64,000 bases of DNA from Patescibacteria group bacterium. GTDB lineage: Bacteria; Patescibacteriota; Patescibacteriia; Patescibacteriales; JBAZCA01. Both the position numbers and the translations under genes were made by a program. The DNA lies in contig JBAZUL010000002.1 of assembly GCA_041661405.1 (NCBI GenBank), forward strand, positions 3,715 to 67,714, in the 5' to 3' direction. Every line of letters begins with the position of its first letter. Within the stretch, counting starts at the first letter, position 1. The notes under the pieces are model-generated. The model had not been told where the DNA came from, ran no database searches, and worked only from the letters and a program-made list of their open reading frames with translations. Shown here piece after piece: positions 1-9,845 of the stretch.

Positions 1-317
1 GTCCGACTCATCCAAGGCTTTATTATTTGGATGAAAAGAAGAATATAATTCTGGCCAATGGTGATGAAAAAATGTCCACCAACATCCAGGCCTGGCGCTC
101 GGCCTATATTTTGAACGGCTGTTTTGTTTACATTATTAAGACTAAATCTTTCTTAAAAGAAAAAAACGTGATTATGAAAAATACCAAAGCGGTTATTTGC
201 GATAAATGGCGTTCGGTGGATTTGGATGAACCTGAAGACTGGGCTTTGGCTGAAATTTTGTTTAAAAATAAAAATAATCTGGCTAATCGGATAAAACAAA
301 TTTATGGAAAAAAATAA
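1..317 (+). CDS. Acylneuraminate cytidylyltransferase (NeuA/PseF/LegF family), C-terminal part; 5' end outside the window
   Basis: Frame open from position 3; motifs 'YILNGCFVY' and 'RSVDLDEPEDWALAE' are typical of the CMP-nonulosonate synthetase C-terminus; neuC nearby. Confidence 0.8.
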   Translation, partial: PTHPRLYYLDEKKNIILANGDEKMSTNIQAWRSAYILNGCFVYIIKTKSFLKEKNVIMKNTKAVICDKWRSVDLDEPEDWALAEILFKNKNNLANRIKQIYGKK

Positions 318-1320
318 GCTAAAATTTTTAATTATCGGCTTAGGTTCAATGGGGAAGCGAAGAATCCGCAACCTGATTTGTAACGGTCAAAAACTGATTA
401 TCGGATATGATATTCAGGCGAAACGGATGAAAGAGGCTAAAGAAAAATATGGCATTGAAACGGCCAACATAAAAAAAGCGGCCAAAAATGATTATGACGT
501 CATGATTATTTCCACCCCGCCCGATCAGCACGGCGATTACATCCGGATGGCTTTGCGGGATAAGAAGCATTTTTTCGTAGAGCATCCGACCAGCCTTGAC
601 GGCTATCCGGAGGTTTTGGCGGATAAAAATATAAAAATCGCCAAAGCGCCGTCTTGCACCCTGCTTTATTATTCGCCGATTAAGATGATGAAAAAAATAT
701 TAGAACAGGGAGAAATCGGCCGAGTGCTCGCTTTTCAGTATCATATGGGACAGTATCTGCCTGACTGGCATCCATGGGAAGATTATCGCCAGGTTTATTT
801 TTCAAAAAAAGAAACCGGGGCTTGCCGGGAAATGCTCCCTTTTGAATTAATCTGGCTGAACTGGCTTTTAGGCTCAAAAGTAAAAAATATCTCCGGCGCT
901 ATCAGTAAAGTATCGGACTTAAAAATGAAAGCCGACGACATTATTAACGCCAACGTTCAATATGGTAATGGCATCATGGGAAATATTATTATAGACGTTA
1001 TCGCGAGAAAGCCTTGCCGGACTTTACGGGTTCTCGGCTCCGAGGGCGTTATGGATTGGGAAAGGTTTGATTTTCAAATAAAAGTCTTTAACGCCAAAAC
1101 AAAAAAGACGAGAATTATTGACATCCCCAAAGGTCATCCGGAAACCGGTTATGTTAACGAGGAAGAAATGTATAATGAAGAAATTGGTGATTTTTTAAAA
1201 GCCATTGAGGGAAAAAAGAAATTCCCGCACAATTTTGAGGACAGCCGGCAGGTATTAAATACTTTATACGCCCTGGAAGAATTCTCGGCTAAAGGCAAGG
1301 TAATGATAGTAAAAAAATAA
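304..1320 (+). CDS. Gfo/Idh/MocA family NAD(P)-dependent oxidoreductase
   Basis: Rossmann motif 'IIGLGSMGKRR', 'FFVEHP' variant of EKP, and 'GQYLPDWHPWEDYR' as seen in nonulosonate clusters. Confidence 0.85.
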   Translation: MEKNKLKFLIIGLGSMGKRRIRNLICNGQKLIIGYDIQAKRMKEAKEKYGIETANIKKAAKNDYDVMIISTPPDQHGDYIRMALRDKKHFFVEHPTSLDGYPEVLADKNIKIAKAPSCTLLYYSPIKMMKKILEQGEIGRVLAFQYHMGQYLPDWHPWEDYRQVYFSKKETGACREMLPFELIWLNWLLGSKVKNISGAISKVSDLKMKADDIINANVQYGNGIMGNIIIDVIARKPCRTLRVLGSEGVMDWERFDFQIKVFNAKTKKTRIIDIPKGHPETGYVNEEEMYNEEIGDFLKAIEGKKKFPHNFEDSRQVLNTLYALEEFSAKGKVMIVKK

Positions 1321-1356
1321 ATGTGTGGTTATAAAATTGGTAATAAGCGGAAAAAT

Positions 1357-1464
1357 ATGGCAATGAAAATAAAAATCGGAAGCAAGAACGTAGGATCGGG
1401 AAGTCCGGTTTTTAAATTCGGATCCGGCGATTTTACTAACCTACCGTTGTCGTCGGCTAATTAA
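1357..1464 (+). pseudogene. Remnant of an N-acetylneuraminate synthase (NeuB-like) gene with large deletions
   Basis: Translates MAMKIKIGSKNVGSGSPVF|KFGSGDFTNLPLSSAN*: a NeuB-type N-terminus joined directly to the internal NeuB motif K(I/F)GSGD(L/F)TNLPL; lies just before neuC. Confidence 0.7.
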
Positions 1465-1480
1465 ATAAAAATAGATATTT

Positions 1481-2626
1481 ATGGTAGATGCCCAGAAAAA
1501 AATTTTAATAATCACCGGAACACGGGCCGAGTATGGGCTTTTAAAATCGACGATTGATGAGGTGCGCAAGAGTAAAAAATTAAGCCTGCAACTTTTAGTC
1601 ACCGGAATGCATACTTTAAGGAAATACGGCCATAGCTTAGATATGATTAAAGAGGATCGGGTTTTGATTAACGAAGTGGTGAAGATTAAAGAAAATGACA
1701 GCATGCCGGAGGCTTTAGCTAAGGAGATTATCGGGATTAGTAAATTTTGCGTTAAAAATCGTCCGGAGGTGATTGTTGTTCTGGGGGATCGGGATGAAGC
1801 TTTTGCCGGCGCGATTGTCGGCAGCCATCTCGGCATTCCAGTCGGGCATATTCACGGCGGCGATTATACCGGCACGATCGTTGACGGTTTGATTAGACAC
1901 GCGATTACTAAACTGTCGCATCTTCATTTTACCGCCTGCCGGAAAAGCTTTGAACGCGTAAAACTTTTGCAGGAAAACCCCAAAAATATTTTTTTAGTCG
2001 GCGCCCCGGGCTTGGATAATCTGAACAGCCGAAAATTACTAAGCCGCCAAGAGCTGGCCAAAAAATTGAATTTGCCAATCAACCGCCCCTGGCTGTTATT
2101 CTTGATGCATCCGACGCCTTTTTCGCCGATTTCGCTTAAAACGCAGATAAGCAATCCATTAAAAGCTATTAGCCGGCTGGAGTCATTTGAAAAAATTGTT
2201 ATTTATCCTAACGCGGATACGGGCAGCGATATTTTTATAAAGTCAATAAAAACTTATAAAAAAGACAATTCTTTCCGCATATTTTTCAACTTGCCGAGAT
2301 TGGATTATCTTTCATTATTAGACAAAGTTGAATTTATGGCAGGCAATTCCAGTTCCGGAGTTTTAGAATCAACCTATTTTAGACTGCCTGCAATTAATAT
2401 CGGCGACCGGCAAAAATACCGCGAGCGGGGAAAGAATGTAATTGACTGCGGTTATGGTTATAGCTCAATAATTAGAGCTATCAAGCTGGCCGCTACTCCG
2501 GCTTTCAGGAAGAAAGCGAAGAACGCGACTAATCCTTACGGCAATGGAGGCGCGGCAAAAAAAATAGTCAAAATTTTGGAAAACATAAAAGAAAAAAATT
2601 TAATTTTAGAAAAAACTTTTACCTAG
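1481..2626 (+). CDS. neuC: UDP-N-acetylglucosamine 2-epimerase (hydrolysing), NeuC/LegG family
   Basis: Motifs 'ITGTRAEYGLL', 'VLGDRDEAF', 'HIHGGD', 'GNSSSG', 'NIGDRQ', 'NPYGNG'. Confidence 0.92.
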   Translation: MVDAQKKILIITGTRAEYGLLKSTIDEVRKSKKLSLQLLVTGMHTLRKYGHSLDMIKEDRVLINEVVKIKENDSMPEALAKEIIGISKFCVKNRPEVIVVLGDRDEAFAGAIVGSHLGIPVGHIHGGDYTGTIVDGLIRHAITKLSHLHFTACRKSFERVKLLQENPKNIFLVGAPGLDNLNSRKLLSRQELAKKLNLPINRPWLLFLMHPTPFSPISLKTQISNPLKAISRLESFEKIVIYPNADTGSDIFIKSIKTYKKDNSFRIFFNLPRLDYLSLLDKVEFMAGNSSSGVLESTYFRLPAINIGDRQKYRERGKNVIDCGYGYSSIIRAIKLAATPAFRKKAKNATNPYGNGGAAKKIVKILENIKEKNLILEKTFT

Positions 2627-2630
2627 AATT

Positions 2631-3578
2631 ATGACCGCTCCGCGCTTAAACAACAATAAAATAATCTTCGTTACTTTTAACCGACTCGGTTATCTGTGCC
2701 TGGAAACGATCGCCCGATCCGGAGTTTTTAATATAAAACAAGCGTATACCCTGAAACCTGAGCTGACGGGAAAAATTTCCGATTATAAAGACATAGAACT
2801 TTTGTGCAAAAAGTTTGAATTTCCGGTTAAAAGGATTAAAAATATCAATAATGAAACAGATGAAATAAAAAAAATCAACCCGGACATTATTTTTATTATC
2901 GGCTGGTCCCAGATCATAAATGAAGAATTAATAAAAATTCCCAAGATTGGCTGCGTAGGTTTCCACCCGGCGCTGTTGCCAAAGAACAGAGGCCGGGCGG
3001 CCATACCCTGGCATTTTATAAATGAGGAGAAATATGGCGGCGCTACTTTATTTTTCATTGATGAGGGTTGTGACAGTGGCGATATTATCGCCCAGAAAAG
3101 ATTTGTTTTGACCGATAAAGATAACGCTAAAAGTTATTATGAAAAAATTGAAGAAGTTGCAGTTAAAATGCTTAAAAGTTGCGCGAGAGACCTGGTTCGG
3201 GATAAAATAAAAAGACGCCGGCAAGATCATCGCCGGGCAACCTGCCTTTTTTTAAGGAACGCGGATGACAGTTTTTTGGATTTTCAAAAATTGAATACCA
3301 GGCAAATTTTTAATCAAGTCCGGGCAGTCGCCGGCATTTATCCGGCCGCTTTCGCGGATTATGAAAAAAACAGAGTGGAGTCGCTGGCCGCGATGATAGT
3401 GCCGAAAAAGTTTTATATTTATTCGGCCGCACCCGGACAAATAATCAAGGTTTTGCCCGATGGCATCTGGGTGAAGACTATTGACGGTATTATTGAGTTA
3501 AGCAAGCTGTCGTCTGACGGCGCGGCAATTAATGATTGTCCCCGATTTTTTAAGTCCGGACATTATTTAAACAGATAA
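2631..3578 (+). CDS. Formyltransferase (Fmt-like), probably a sugar N-formyltransferase
   Basis: 'FHPALLPKNRGRAAIPW' and 'DEGCDSGDII' formyl-THF transferase motifs; located in a sugar cluster. Confidence 0.85.
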   Translation: MTAPRLNNNKIIFVTFNRLGYLCLETIARSGVFNIKQAYTLKPELTGKISDYKDIELLCKKFEFPVKRIKNINNETDEIKKINPDIIFIIGWSQIINEELIKIPKIGCVGFHPALLPKNRGRAAIPWHFINEEKYGGATLFFIDEGCDSGDIIAQKRFVLTDKDNAKSYYEKIEEVAVKMLKSCARDLVRDKIKRRRQDHRRATCLFLRNADDSFLDFQKLNTRQIFNQVRAVAGIYPAAFADYEKNRVESLAAMIVPKKFYIYSAAPGQIIKVLPDGIWVKTIDGIIELSKLSSDGAAINDCPRFFKSGHYLNR

Positions 3579-3583
3579 AAAAT

Positions 3584-4243
3584 ATGCAAAAAATGCTTAT
3601 TTTTGCCCCCCATCCCGATGACGAAGTCTTAGGATGCGGCGGGACAATAAAAAAATATTCAAAGGCGGGTAATGAGGTGTTTCTCTGCGTAGTTACTAAA
3701 GCCTATTCGCCGGAGTGGTCAAAATCGTTTATCAAAAACCGGACCAAAGAAGTAGCCGCCGCAAACAAAATTTTGGGGATTAAAAAAACTTTCTTTTTGG
3801 ATTTTCCCACGGTTAAACTTGATACTGTCCCGCAAAAAGAATTAAATGAAGCTATTTTATCAGTTATAAGAGAAGTTAGGCCGCGAATTGTTTATTTGCC
3901 TCATTGCGGCGATATAAATAAAGACCATCGCCTGGTTTTTGAGGCCGGCCTGGTAGCTCTAAGACCGAGCAACAATACTTCGGTTAAAAAAATATTATCT
4001 TATGAATCATTGTCGGAAACGGCCGAAGGAAGAAGTATTAAAGAGTTTTCTCCGACCAGTTATGAAAAAATTGATAATGAATTAGCTAAAAAAATTCAGG
4101 CCATGAAAGCCTATAAAAGCGAAATTCGTAAATTTCCTCATCCCCGTTCGCTCGAGATGATGAAAGTACTGGCTAAAAAAAGGGGATCGGAAGCGGGTTA
4201 TAGATTAGCGGAAGCGTTTGTCTTAATCAGGGAAATATTATGA
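3584..4243 (+). CDS. PIG-L/LmbE family N-deacetylase
   Basis: 'APHPDDEVLGCGG', 'DINKDH', 'PHPRS', 'AEAF'. Confidence 0.9.
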   Translation: MQKMLIFAPHPDDEVLGCGGTIKKYSKAGNEVFLCVVTKAYSPEWSKSFIKNRTKEVAAANKILGIKKTFFLDFPTVKLDTVPQKELNEAILSVIREVRPRIVYLPHCGDINKDHRLVFEAGLVALRPSNNTSVKKILSYESLSETAEGRSIKEFSPTSYEKIDNELAKKIQAMKAYKSEIRKFPHPRSLEMMKVLAKKRGSEAGYRLAEAFVLIREIL

Positions 4244-4296
4244 GTCAAAGGCCGGGGATCCGGCAGCGCTAACTTAGAAATAGAATAAATAAATTT

Positions 4297-4698
4297 ATGC
4301 AACCAAGATTCAACAATTGGCGCGCGCCGAAAATAACAGAAGGGAAGCTGACCAAATGGAATTGGCTAGTAAAACATAAAAATAATTTAAAGCTCGGTTC
4401 GCGATGCGATATCGGCGCGTTTACCTATATTAACGCGCGAAACGGAGTGGTTATTGAAGATGAGGTTCAAGTCGGATCGCATTGTTCTATTTATTCGGTT
4501 TCCACTATTGATAATAAAGAGGGAAGGGTAGCGTTGAAAAAAAACTGCCGCGTCGGATCGCACAGTGTAATTATGCCCGGCGTTACTATTGGAGAAAATT
4601 CTATCGTTGGAGCGTTTAGCTTTGTAAATCGCGACGTCCCGGCTAATGTGGTCGTTTGCGGCGTGCCGGTAAAAGTTATAAAAAAAATTAAGCCCTAA
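4297..4698 (+). CDS. Hexapeptide-repeat acyltransferase
   Basis: Left-handed beta-helix repeats 'VIMPGVTIGENSIVGAFSFVNRDVP'. Confidence 0.85.
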   Translation: MQPRFNNWRAPKITEGKLTKWNWLVKHKNNLKLGSRCDIGAFTYINARNGVVIEDEVQVGSHCSIYSVSTIDNKEGRVALKKNCRVGSHSVIMPGVTIGENSIVGAFSFVNRDVPANVVVCGVPVKVIKKIKP

Positions 4699-4702
4699 TC
4701 TT

Positions 4703-5827
4703 ATGAAAAAATATCCGGTAGCCAAGCCTTACATTACTGATGAAGACCGGGAAAGCGTCCTCGGGGTTTTAAAAACCGACTATTTGAGTCTCGGACCCAA
4801 ACTAGGGGAGTTTGAAAGGAAATTTGCGAGGAAACTGGGAGTGAAATTCGCCTGCGCCGTATCCAGCGGCACGGCCGGACTGCATCTAGCCTTAATCGCT
4901 TCAGGTATTGGTGAGGGCGATGAGGTAATTACGACTCCGTTTACTTTCGTGGCGTCAGCCAATACAATTGTTTCGGTTGGCGCTAAGCCGGTATTTGCCG
5001 ATATTGATCCCATAACTTATAACATTAATCCAGGACAACTGGAAAAAAAGATTACGAAACTCACCAAAGCTATTATGGTAGTGCATATCTTCGGCCAGCC
5101 ATGTGATATGGATCCTATAATGGCCATTGCGAAAAAAAACAGGCTATTAGTTATTGAAGACGCTTGTGAATCGCTTAACGCGGCTTATCGCGGAAAAAAA
5201 GCCGGAACTTTCGGTCAGGCCGGAGTATTCGCGTTCTACCCCAACAAGCAGATGACGACCGGCGAAGGTGGCATGATTATTACTAATAACAAAAAGATTT
5301 ACGACGCTTGCGCCAGCTTAAGGAATCAGGGACGGGATGAGAACGACCGCTGGCTGGAGCATAAATATTTTGGATACAATTACCGGTTGGATGAAATGAG
5401 CGCGGCTTTAGGGATAAGTCAGTTAAAAAAGCTTGATTTTATGATTAGTGAGCGCCGGAAAATCGCCGGATGGTATTCCGGGCTCCTAAAACCTTACGCC
5501 GATATTGTCCAGCATCCCGGAATTGCCGCCGATAATGACCACACCTGGTTCGTCTATGTTATTAAGATTAAAGATAAAAAAATCAGCCGCGATCGGTTGA
5601 TTGTGAGTTTAGAGAGAAAAGGCATATGCACCCGGCCATATCTTCCTTCGGTTCATTTATTTTCATTTTATAAAAAACGGTTTAGCTGCCGGGAGGGAGA
5701 TTTTCCGGTAAGTGAGGAAGCAAGCGCCTCCACCCTGGCTTTGCCGCTTTTTGTCGGTTTGACTAAGCGTGATTGCCAATATATAGTGAATAAACTAATA
5801 AAGGAAATCAATAATTTAAAGAAATAA
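4703..5827 (+). CDS. DegT/DnrJ/EryC1/StrS family sugar aminotransferase
   Basis: 'SSGTAGLHLAL', 'IEDACES', PLP-lysine motif 'FYPNKQMTTGEGG'. Confidence 0.92.
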   Translation: MKKYPVAKPYITDEDRESVLGVLKTDYLSLGPKLGEFERKFARKLGVKFACAVSSGTAGLHLALIASGIGEGDEVITTPFTFVASANTIVSVGAKPVFADIDPITYNINPGQLEKKITKLTKAIMVVHIFGQPCDMDPIMAIAKKNRLLVIEDACESLNAAYRGKKAGTFGQAGVFAFYPNKQMTTGEGGMIITNNKKIYDACASLRNQGRDENDRWLEHKYFGYNYRLDEMSAALGISQLKKLDFMISERRKIAGWYSGLLKPYADIVQHPGIAADNDHTWFVYVIKIKDKKISRDRLIVSLERKGICTRPYLPSVHLFSFYKKRFSCREGDFPVSEEASASTLALPLFVGLTKRDCQYIVNKLIKEINNLKK

Positions 5828-5834
5828 AAAATAT

Positions 5835-6890
5835 ATGGCTAATGAATTTAAAAACAAAAGGATTTTAGTAACCGGCGGCACAGGTTCCATCGGCTCGGTA
5901 ATCGTTAAAAAATTATTGCAGTTTAATCCCAAACAAATCCGAATTTTAAGCCGGGATGAAACCAAACAGTTTAATTTAATTAATGAATTAAACCACAATT
6001 CTAAATTAAGGATGCTGATTGGCGACATAAGAAATAAGGATCGGGTGAATAAAGCCATGGAGAACGTTGATATTGTTTTTCACGCCGCCGCCATGAAACA
6101 CGTTTTATCCTGCGAAAACGACCCGTTTGAGGCCGTTGAAACTAATGTCCGCGGCATGCAAAATATAATAGATTGCGCCATGATTAATGATGTGGAAAAA
6201 GTAATCGGGATTTCAACCGATAAAGCGACTGATCCGACTTCTGTTATGGGTTGCACTAAACTTTTGGCGGAAAAAATTATGCTTTCGCATTACAGTGGGC
6301 CGCACCGGACTAAATTTTGTTTCGTCCGCTTTGGTAATGTTTTAAACTCGCGAGGTTCAGTCATCCCTTTATTTTATAAGCAAATTAAAGCCGGTGGCCC
6401 GGTAACCGTAACCGACAAGGACGTTTGTCGTTTTTTCATGTCAATAGATGATGCTGTTAACTTAGTTTTTAAAGCTTCAAATATAATGCGTGACCGGGAA
6501 ATTTTCGTTTTAAAACAGATGGCTATTTTGAAAATTATTGATTTAGCCCGGGCGATGATTGAACTTTACGCGCCTCAGTCAGGCTTAAACGCCAAAGATA
6601 TAAAGATAAAAATTACCGGTCTTAAAAGCGGAGAAAGGTTACATGAAAAATTATTGAGTAAGGATGAATCGGGCTATGCTCTGGAGAACGAAGAGATGTT
6701 TATAGTTCTGCCAGTTTTAAATTTTGATGTTAATCAGGCGGCTAAGCGCAAAAAATATTTAAACGCGGAGAAGAGCCGGATTGGCGACTTTAGCACTGAG
6801 AACAGGAAAGTTTTGCCGGTTGCCGAAATAAAAAAACTTCTTCTTAAGGATAGCGGTAACCTTTCACATGAGATTAATAATTTATCCTGA
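5835..6890 (+). CDS. UDP-GlcNAc 4,6-dehydratase (PseB/CapD-type polysaccharide biosynthesis protein)
   Basis: 'TGGTGSIG', 'HAAAMKHV', 'STDKA', 'VRFGNV', 'GERLHE'. Confidence 0.9.
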   Translation: MANEFKNKRILVTGGTGSIGSVIVKKLLQFNPKQIRILSRDETKQFNLINELNHNSKLRMLIGDIRNKDRVNKAMENVDIVFHAAAMKHVLSCENDPFEAVETNVRGMQNIIDCAMINDVEKVIGISTDKATDPTSVMGCTKLLAEKIMLSHYSGPHRTKFCFVRFGNVLNSRGSVIPLFYKQIKAGGPVTVTDKDVCRFFMSIDDAVNLVFKASNIMRDREIFVLKQMAILKIIDLARAMIELYAPQSGLNAKDIKIKITGLKSGERLHEKLLSKDESGYALENEEMFIVLPVLNFDVNQAAKRKKYLNAEKSRIGDFSTENRKVLPVAEIKKLLLKDSGNLSHEINNLS

Positions 6891-8355
6891 CGCGGGTATG
6901 AATGTTTTTTTAATAAAATGGGATTATAATAACGAGGATAATCTGGCGATCGCAAAAGGGTTAGAAAACCAAGGCCATAAAATTAAGTATTGGGTTGGTA
7001 CCAGCCCCGAAGATGTTTCCTCGCCAAGCCGCAGAAATTTCACAAAGACGGTATTTCATAATATTTTTGACGCTATTGCCGGTCGACCGGCGGCTGAATT
7101 TAAGGATATCAGTTTTCCGCCGCCGGGCGAAAAAACTATAAAGGATTTTTTTGAGACTGAATCAATTCTCGCCACAATCAAGCAGTTTGAAAAATTGACG
7201 CCTAGCGTATTGGAAAAGAAAAGCGTTTATCACGGTTTTTTGGAGTACTGGTTTGGCATCATCAATAAACTAAAACCGGAAGCTGTTATTTTTTCAGTTC
7301 AGCCTCACGCTGGTTTTGATTTTGTCCTTTATTCCATCGCGAAGCATCTAAAAATCAAAACCGTTATTTTTGAATACACGGGCGTGTCTGACCGCCACTT
7401 CGTTATTAACGATTATAGCGTTGGTTGCGATAAATTAAGGAAGGAGATTGAAGACAACCGGGGCAAGGCCATAGGAATCAAAGATTTAAGTTCCGATATA
7501 AGAGAGTTTTATTTAAGGCAGGCGGATAGAGCTAGGCAGGCAATCAGCAAAGAAGTGGGAAATATCAAGAAAAGTTTCTCGGGGTTTAATTTAGTCTTAA
7601 TTAAATTAAGAATGCTGAAGCGCGCGATAGCCGATTTCTCATTTTTAAAAAAAAGTTATTTTTATTTTAAAAAAAAATTAGGAAAAAATTTTCGAAAGGA
7701 ATATATTGAAGTCCAAATCCAACCAGACTGGAATAAAAAATTTATTTATCTAGCCTTGCACTACCAGCCCGAAGCCGCCACCTCTCCTTTGGGGGGAGTT
7801 TTTGTTGATCAGCTTTTGATGATTAAAAATTTAGCTTACGCTCTCCCGGATAACTGGGTAATCTATGTTAAAGAACACCCGGTGCAGTGGCTGATTAGCG
7901 GGCTTAATTATACCTCTTTCCGTTATCCGGGCTACTATAAGTCAATCTCTGAAATAAAAAATGTGAAGATTGTGCCAATTGATACTTCAGCTGAAGAGTT
8001 GATAGAAAAATCGGAAGCGGTTGCCACTATTACCGGCTCGGCCGGACGGGAAGCCTTGCTCCGCAAGAAGCCGGTTATTATTTTTGGTTATCCGAACTAT
8101 CGCTACTGTCCGGGAGCGTTTAAGGTTAATGATGTTTTATCATGCCAGGCAGCGATCACTAAAATAAAATCCGGGTTTATATTGGAAGAGCGGGATATAC
8201 TGAATTATCTTTATAGTTTGGACAGAATAAGTATACATACTTACTTTGAAATTTCAGCAAAGAAATTATCAAAATTAACCCCGGCGGAACACGTTGAGAT
8301 TATGACGGGAGCAATTGTAAGGGAGCTGGAAGCTAAGCCATTTGGCGCGATATAA
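6868..8355 (+). CDS. Capsule polysaccharide biosynthesis protein (KpsS-like), putative nonulosonate transferase; start may be 6898
   Basis: 'LHYQPEA', 'YVKEHP', 'TITGSAGREAL' motifs. Confidence 0.7.
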   Translation: MRLIIYPDAGMNVFLIKWDYNNEDNLAIAKGLENQGHKIKYWVGTSPEDVSSPSRRNFTKTVFHNIFDAIAGRPAAEFKDISFPPPGEKTIKDFFETESILATIKQFEKLTPSVLEKKSVYHGFLEYWFGIINKLKPEAVIFSVQPHAGFDFVLYSIAKHLKIKTVIFEYTGVSDRHFVINDYSVGCDKLRKEIEDNRGKAIGIKDLSSDIREFYLRQADRARQAISKEVGNIKKSFSGFNLVLIKLRMLKRAIADFSFLKKSYFYFKKKLGKNFRKEYIEVQIQPDWNKKFIYLALHYQPEAATSPLGGVFVDQLLMIKNLAYALPDNWVIYVKEHPVQWLISGLNYTSFRYPGYYKSISEIKNVKIVPIDTSAEELIEKSEAVATITGSAGREALLRKKPVIIFGYPNYRYCPGAFKVNDVLSCQAAITKIKSGFILEERDILNYLYSLDRISIHTYFEISAKKLSKLTPAEHVEIMTGAIVRELEAKPFGAI

Positions 8356-8394
8356 AACGTCTTGGTCAGCCGGTTGTTTAGTTAGAAGAAAACC

Positions 8395-9804
8395 CTACCG
8401 CCCCTCCCTGGAAACTACAGTCGCGATAGTCTTTAGAATAATGGACAGATCCAGGTAGAGGGATCTGTTTTTTATGTAAAAGAGATCGTATTGCAATTTT
8501 TTTAAGCTGTCTTCGTATGACGGGGAATGGTACTCTCCGGAAATCTGATCCCAGCCGGTAATTCCCGGCTTGACGAGCATCCGTTCCCGGTAAAAGGGGA
8601 TCTGTTTTTCCAGCTCTAAAATCAGTTCCGGACGTTCAGGCCGCGGTCCGACAAAACTCATGTCTCCGCGGAGGATGTTTAAGGCCTGCGGGATTTCATC
8701 AAGCCGGGTTTTTCTAAGGAACGAACCAAAACCGGTAATGCGGCGGTCGCCGGGCAGGGTAGGCGAGCGGTCGTTGCCAATTTCCCGCATAGAGCGGAAT
8801 TTAAGCATCCCGAACTCCGCGCCGTTTTTTCCCGAGCGGGGCATGCGGATAAAAACCGGCCCCTGACTTTCCATTTTTATAGCCAGGGCGATGAGCGGCC
8901 AGAAGGCCAAGGTGAGAACGAGAATGGCGAACGCGAGGATTATGTCGTAAACCCGTTTAAAGAGGTCAAAGCCGTTTTTTTTCCCTTCGTTCATATTTTC
9001 AAGAAACCACATCTCGCTTATGGCTTCAACAGGCACTTTGCCGGTAAGCTGTTCGTAAAAGTTCGCCAGACTCTGGTATTTGATGTTTAAGGGCAGACAG
9101 GAAAAAAGCGCTGTCCGAAGTTCGCCGGATTCGCGGGGATTTTCGGAAAAAATTAGCGCGGAAATTTTATTTTTTTCCGCCATATTTTTTAGCTCGCTGA
9201 TTCTAATGATTGGCGGGAAAACGAGCTTAAAACCTTTTTCATCAGCGGTTTCCGCCATGTTTTCGCCGGCTTGGTTTGCGTCGGCGCTATTTTTTCCTTC
9301 AACAATAAACTTAACGTCATATCCGAGATGGGGTTTTTTTATGAGATAAGCGATGAGTTCGCTGGCTTGGCGGTTTAAACCGGCAAAAGCCAGGCTGGTT
9401 TTTGGCAGGCGCGATTTTAAGAGCCAGTTACAGGCGCGCCGCCAGAGGACGAAAATTATGCCGTAGATAAAGATGAAAATGATCAGGTTGGTTTTCGGGG
9501 CAATGCCCATGCCGGGCGAGGCGTAAAAAAAGATTACCGAAAGAAGCGCGGCGACGGAGAGGCTTTGGGTTATTTTCCGGATGAACTCCGACCCGTTAAC
9601 TGCGGCTTTTAAATCGTAGAGGCCGGAAATGTAAAAAATAATTATCCAGCCGAAAAAAATGGCTGTAAAAGGAAAAAAATGATCCTGCCAGGTAGCGGCC
9701 GACGGCAGGCTTAAATACCGGAGGCTGAGGGCGAGGTAAAGCGCTAAATACAAAAAAACAAAGTCGCCGAAGAGTATGGTGAATTTTTTCAAACGGTTAT
9801 TCAT
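8395..9804 (-). CDS. Polyprenyl-phosphate sugar phosphotransferase (WcaJ/CpsE-like initiating transferase)
   Basis: N-terminal TM helices; 'KFRSM', 'LDEIPQ', 'GDMSFVGPRPERP', 'KPGITGW'. Confidence 0.92.
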   Translation of the reverse strand: MNNRLKKFTILFGDFVFLYLALYLALSLRYLSLPSAATWQDHFFPFTAIFFGWIIIFYISGLYDLKAAVNGSEFIRKITQSLSVAALLSVIFFYASPGMGIAPKTNLIIFIFIYGIIFVLWRRACNWLLKSRLPKTSLAFAGLNRQASELIAYLIKKPHLGYDVKFIVEGKNSADANQAGENMAETADEKGFKLVFPPIIRISELKNMAEKNKISALIFSENPRESGELRTALFSCLPLNIKYQSLANFYEQLTGKVPVEAISEMWFLENMNEGKKNGFDLFKRVYDIILAFAILVLTLAFWPLIALAIKMESQGPVFIRMPRSGKNGAEFGMLKFRSMREIGNDRSPTLPGDRRITGFGSFLRKTRLDEIPQALNILRGDMSFVGPRPERPELILELEKQIPFYRERMLVKPGITGWDQISGEYHSPSYEDSLKKLQYDLFYIKNRSLYLDLSIILKTIATVVSREGR

Positions 9805-9845
9805 GGTTTAGAAATACCATATTCTCGGCTAAAATTCAAGCTCGG

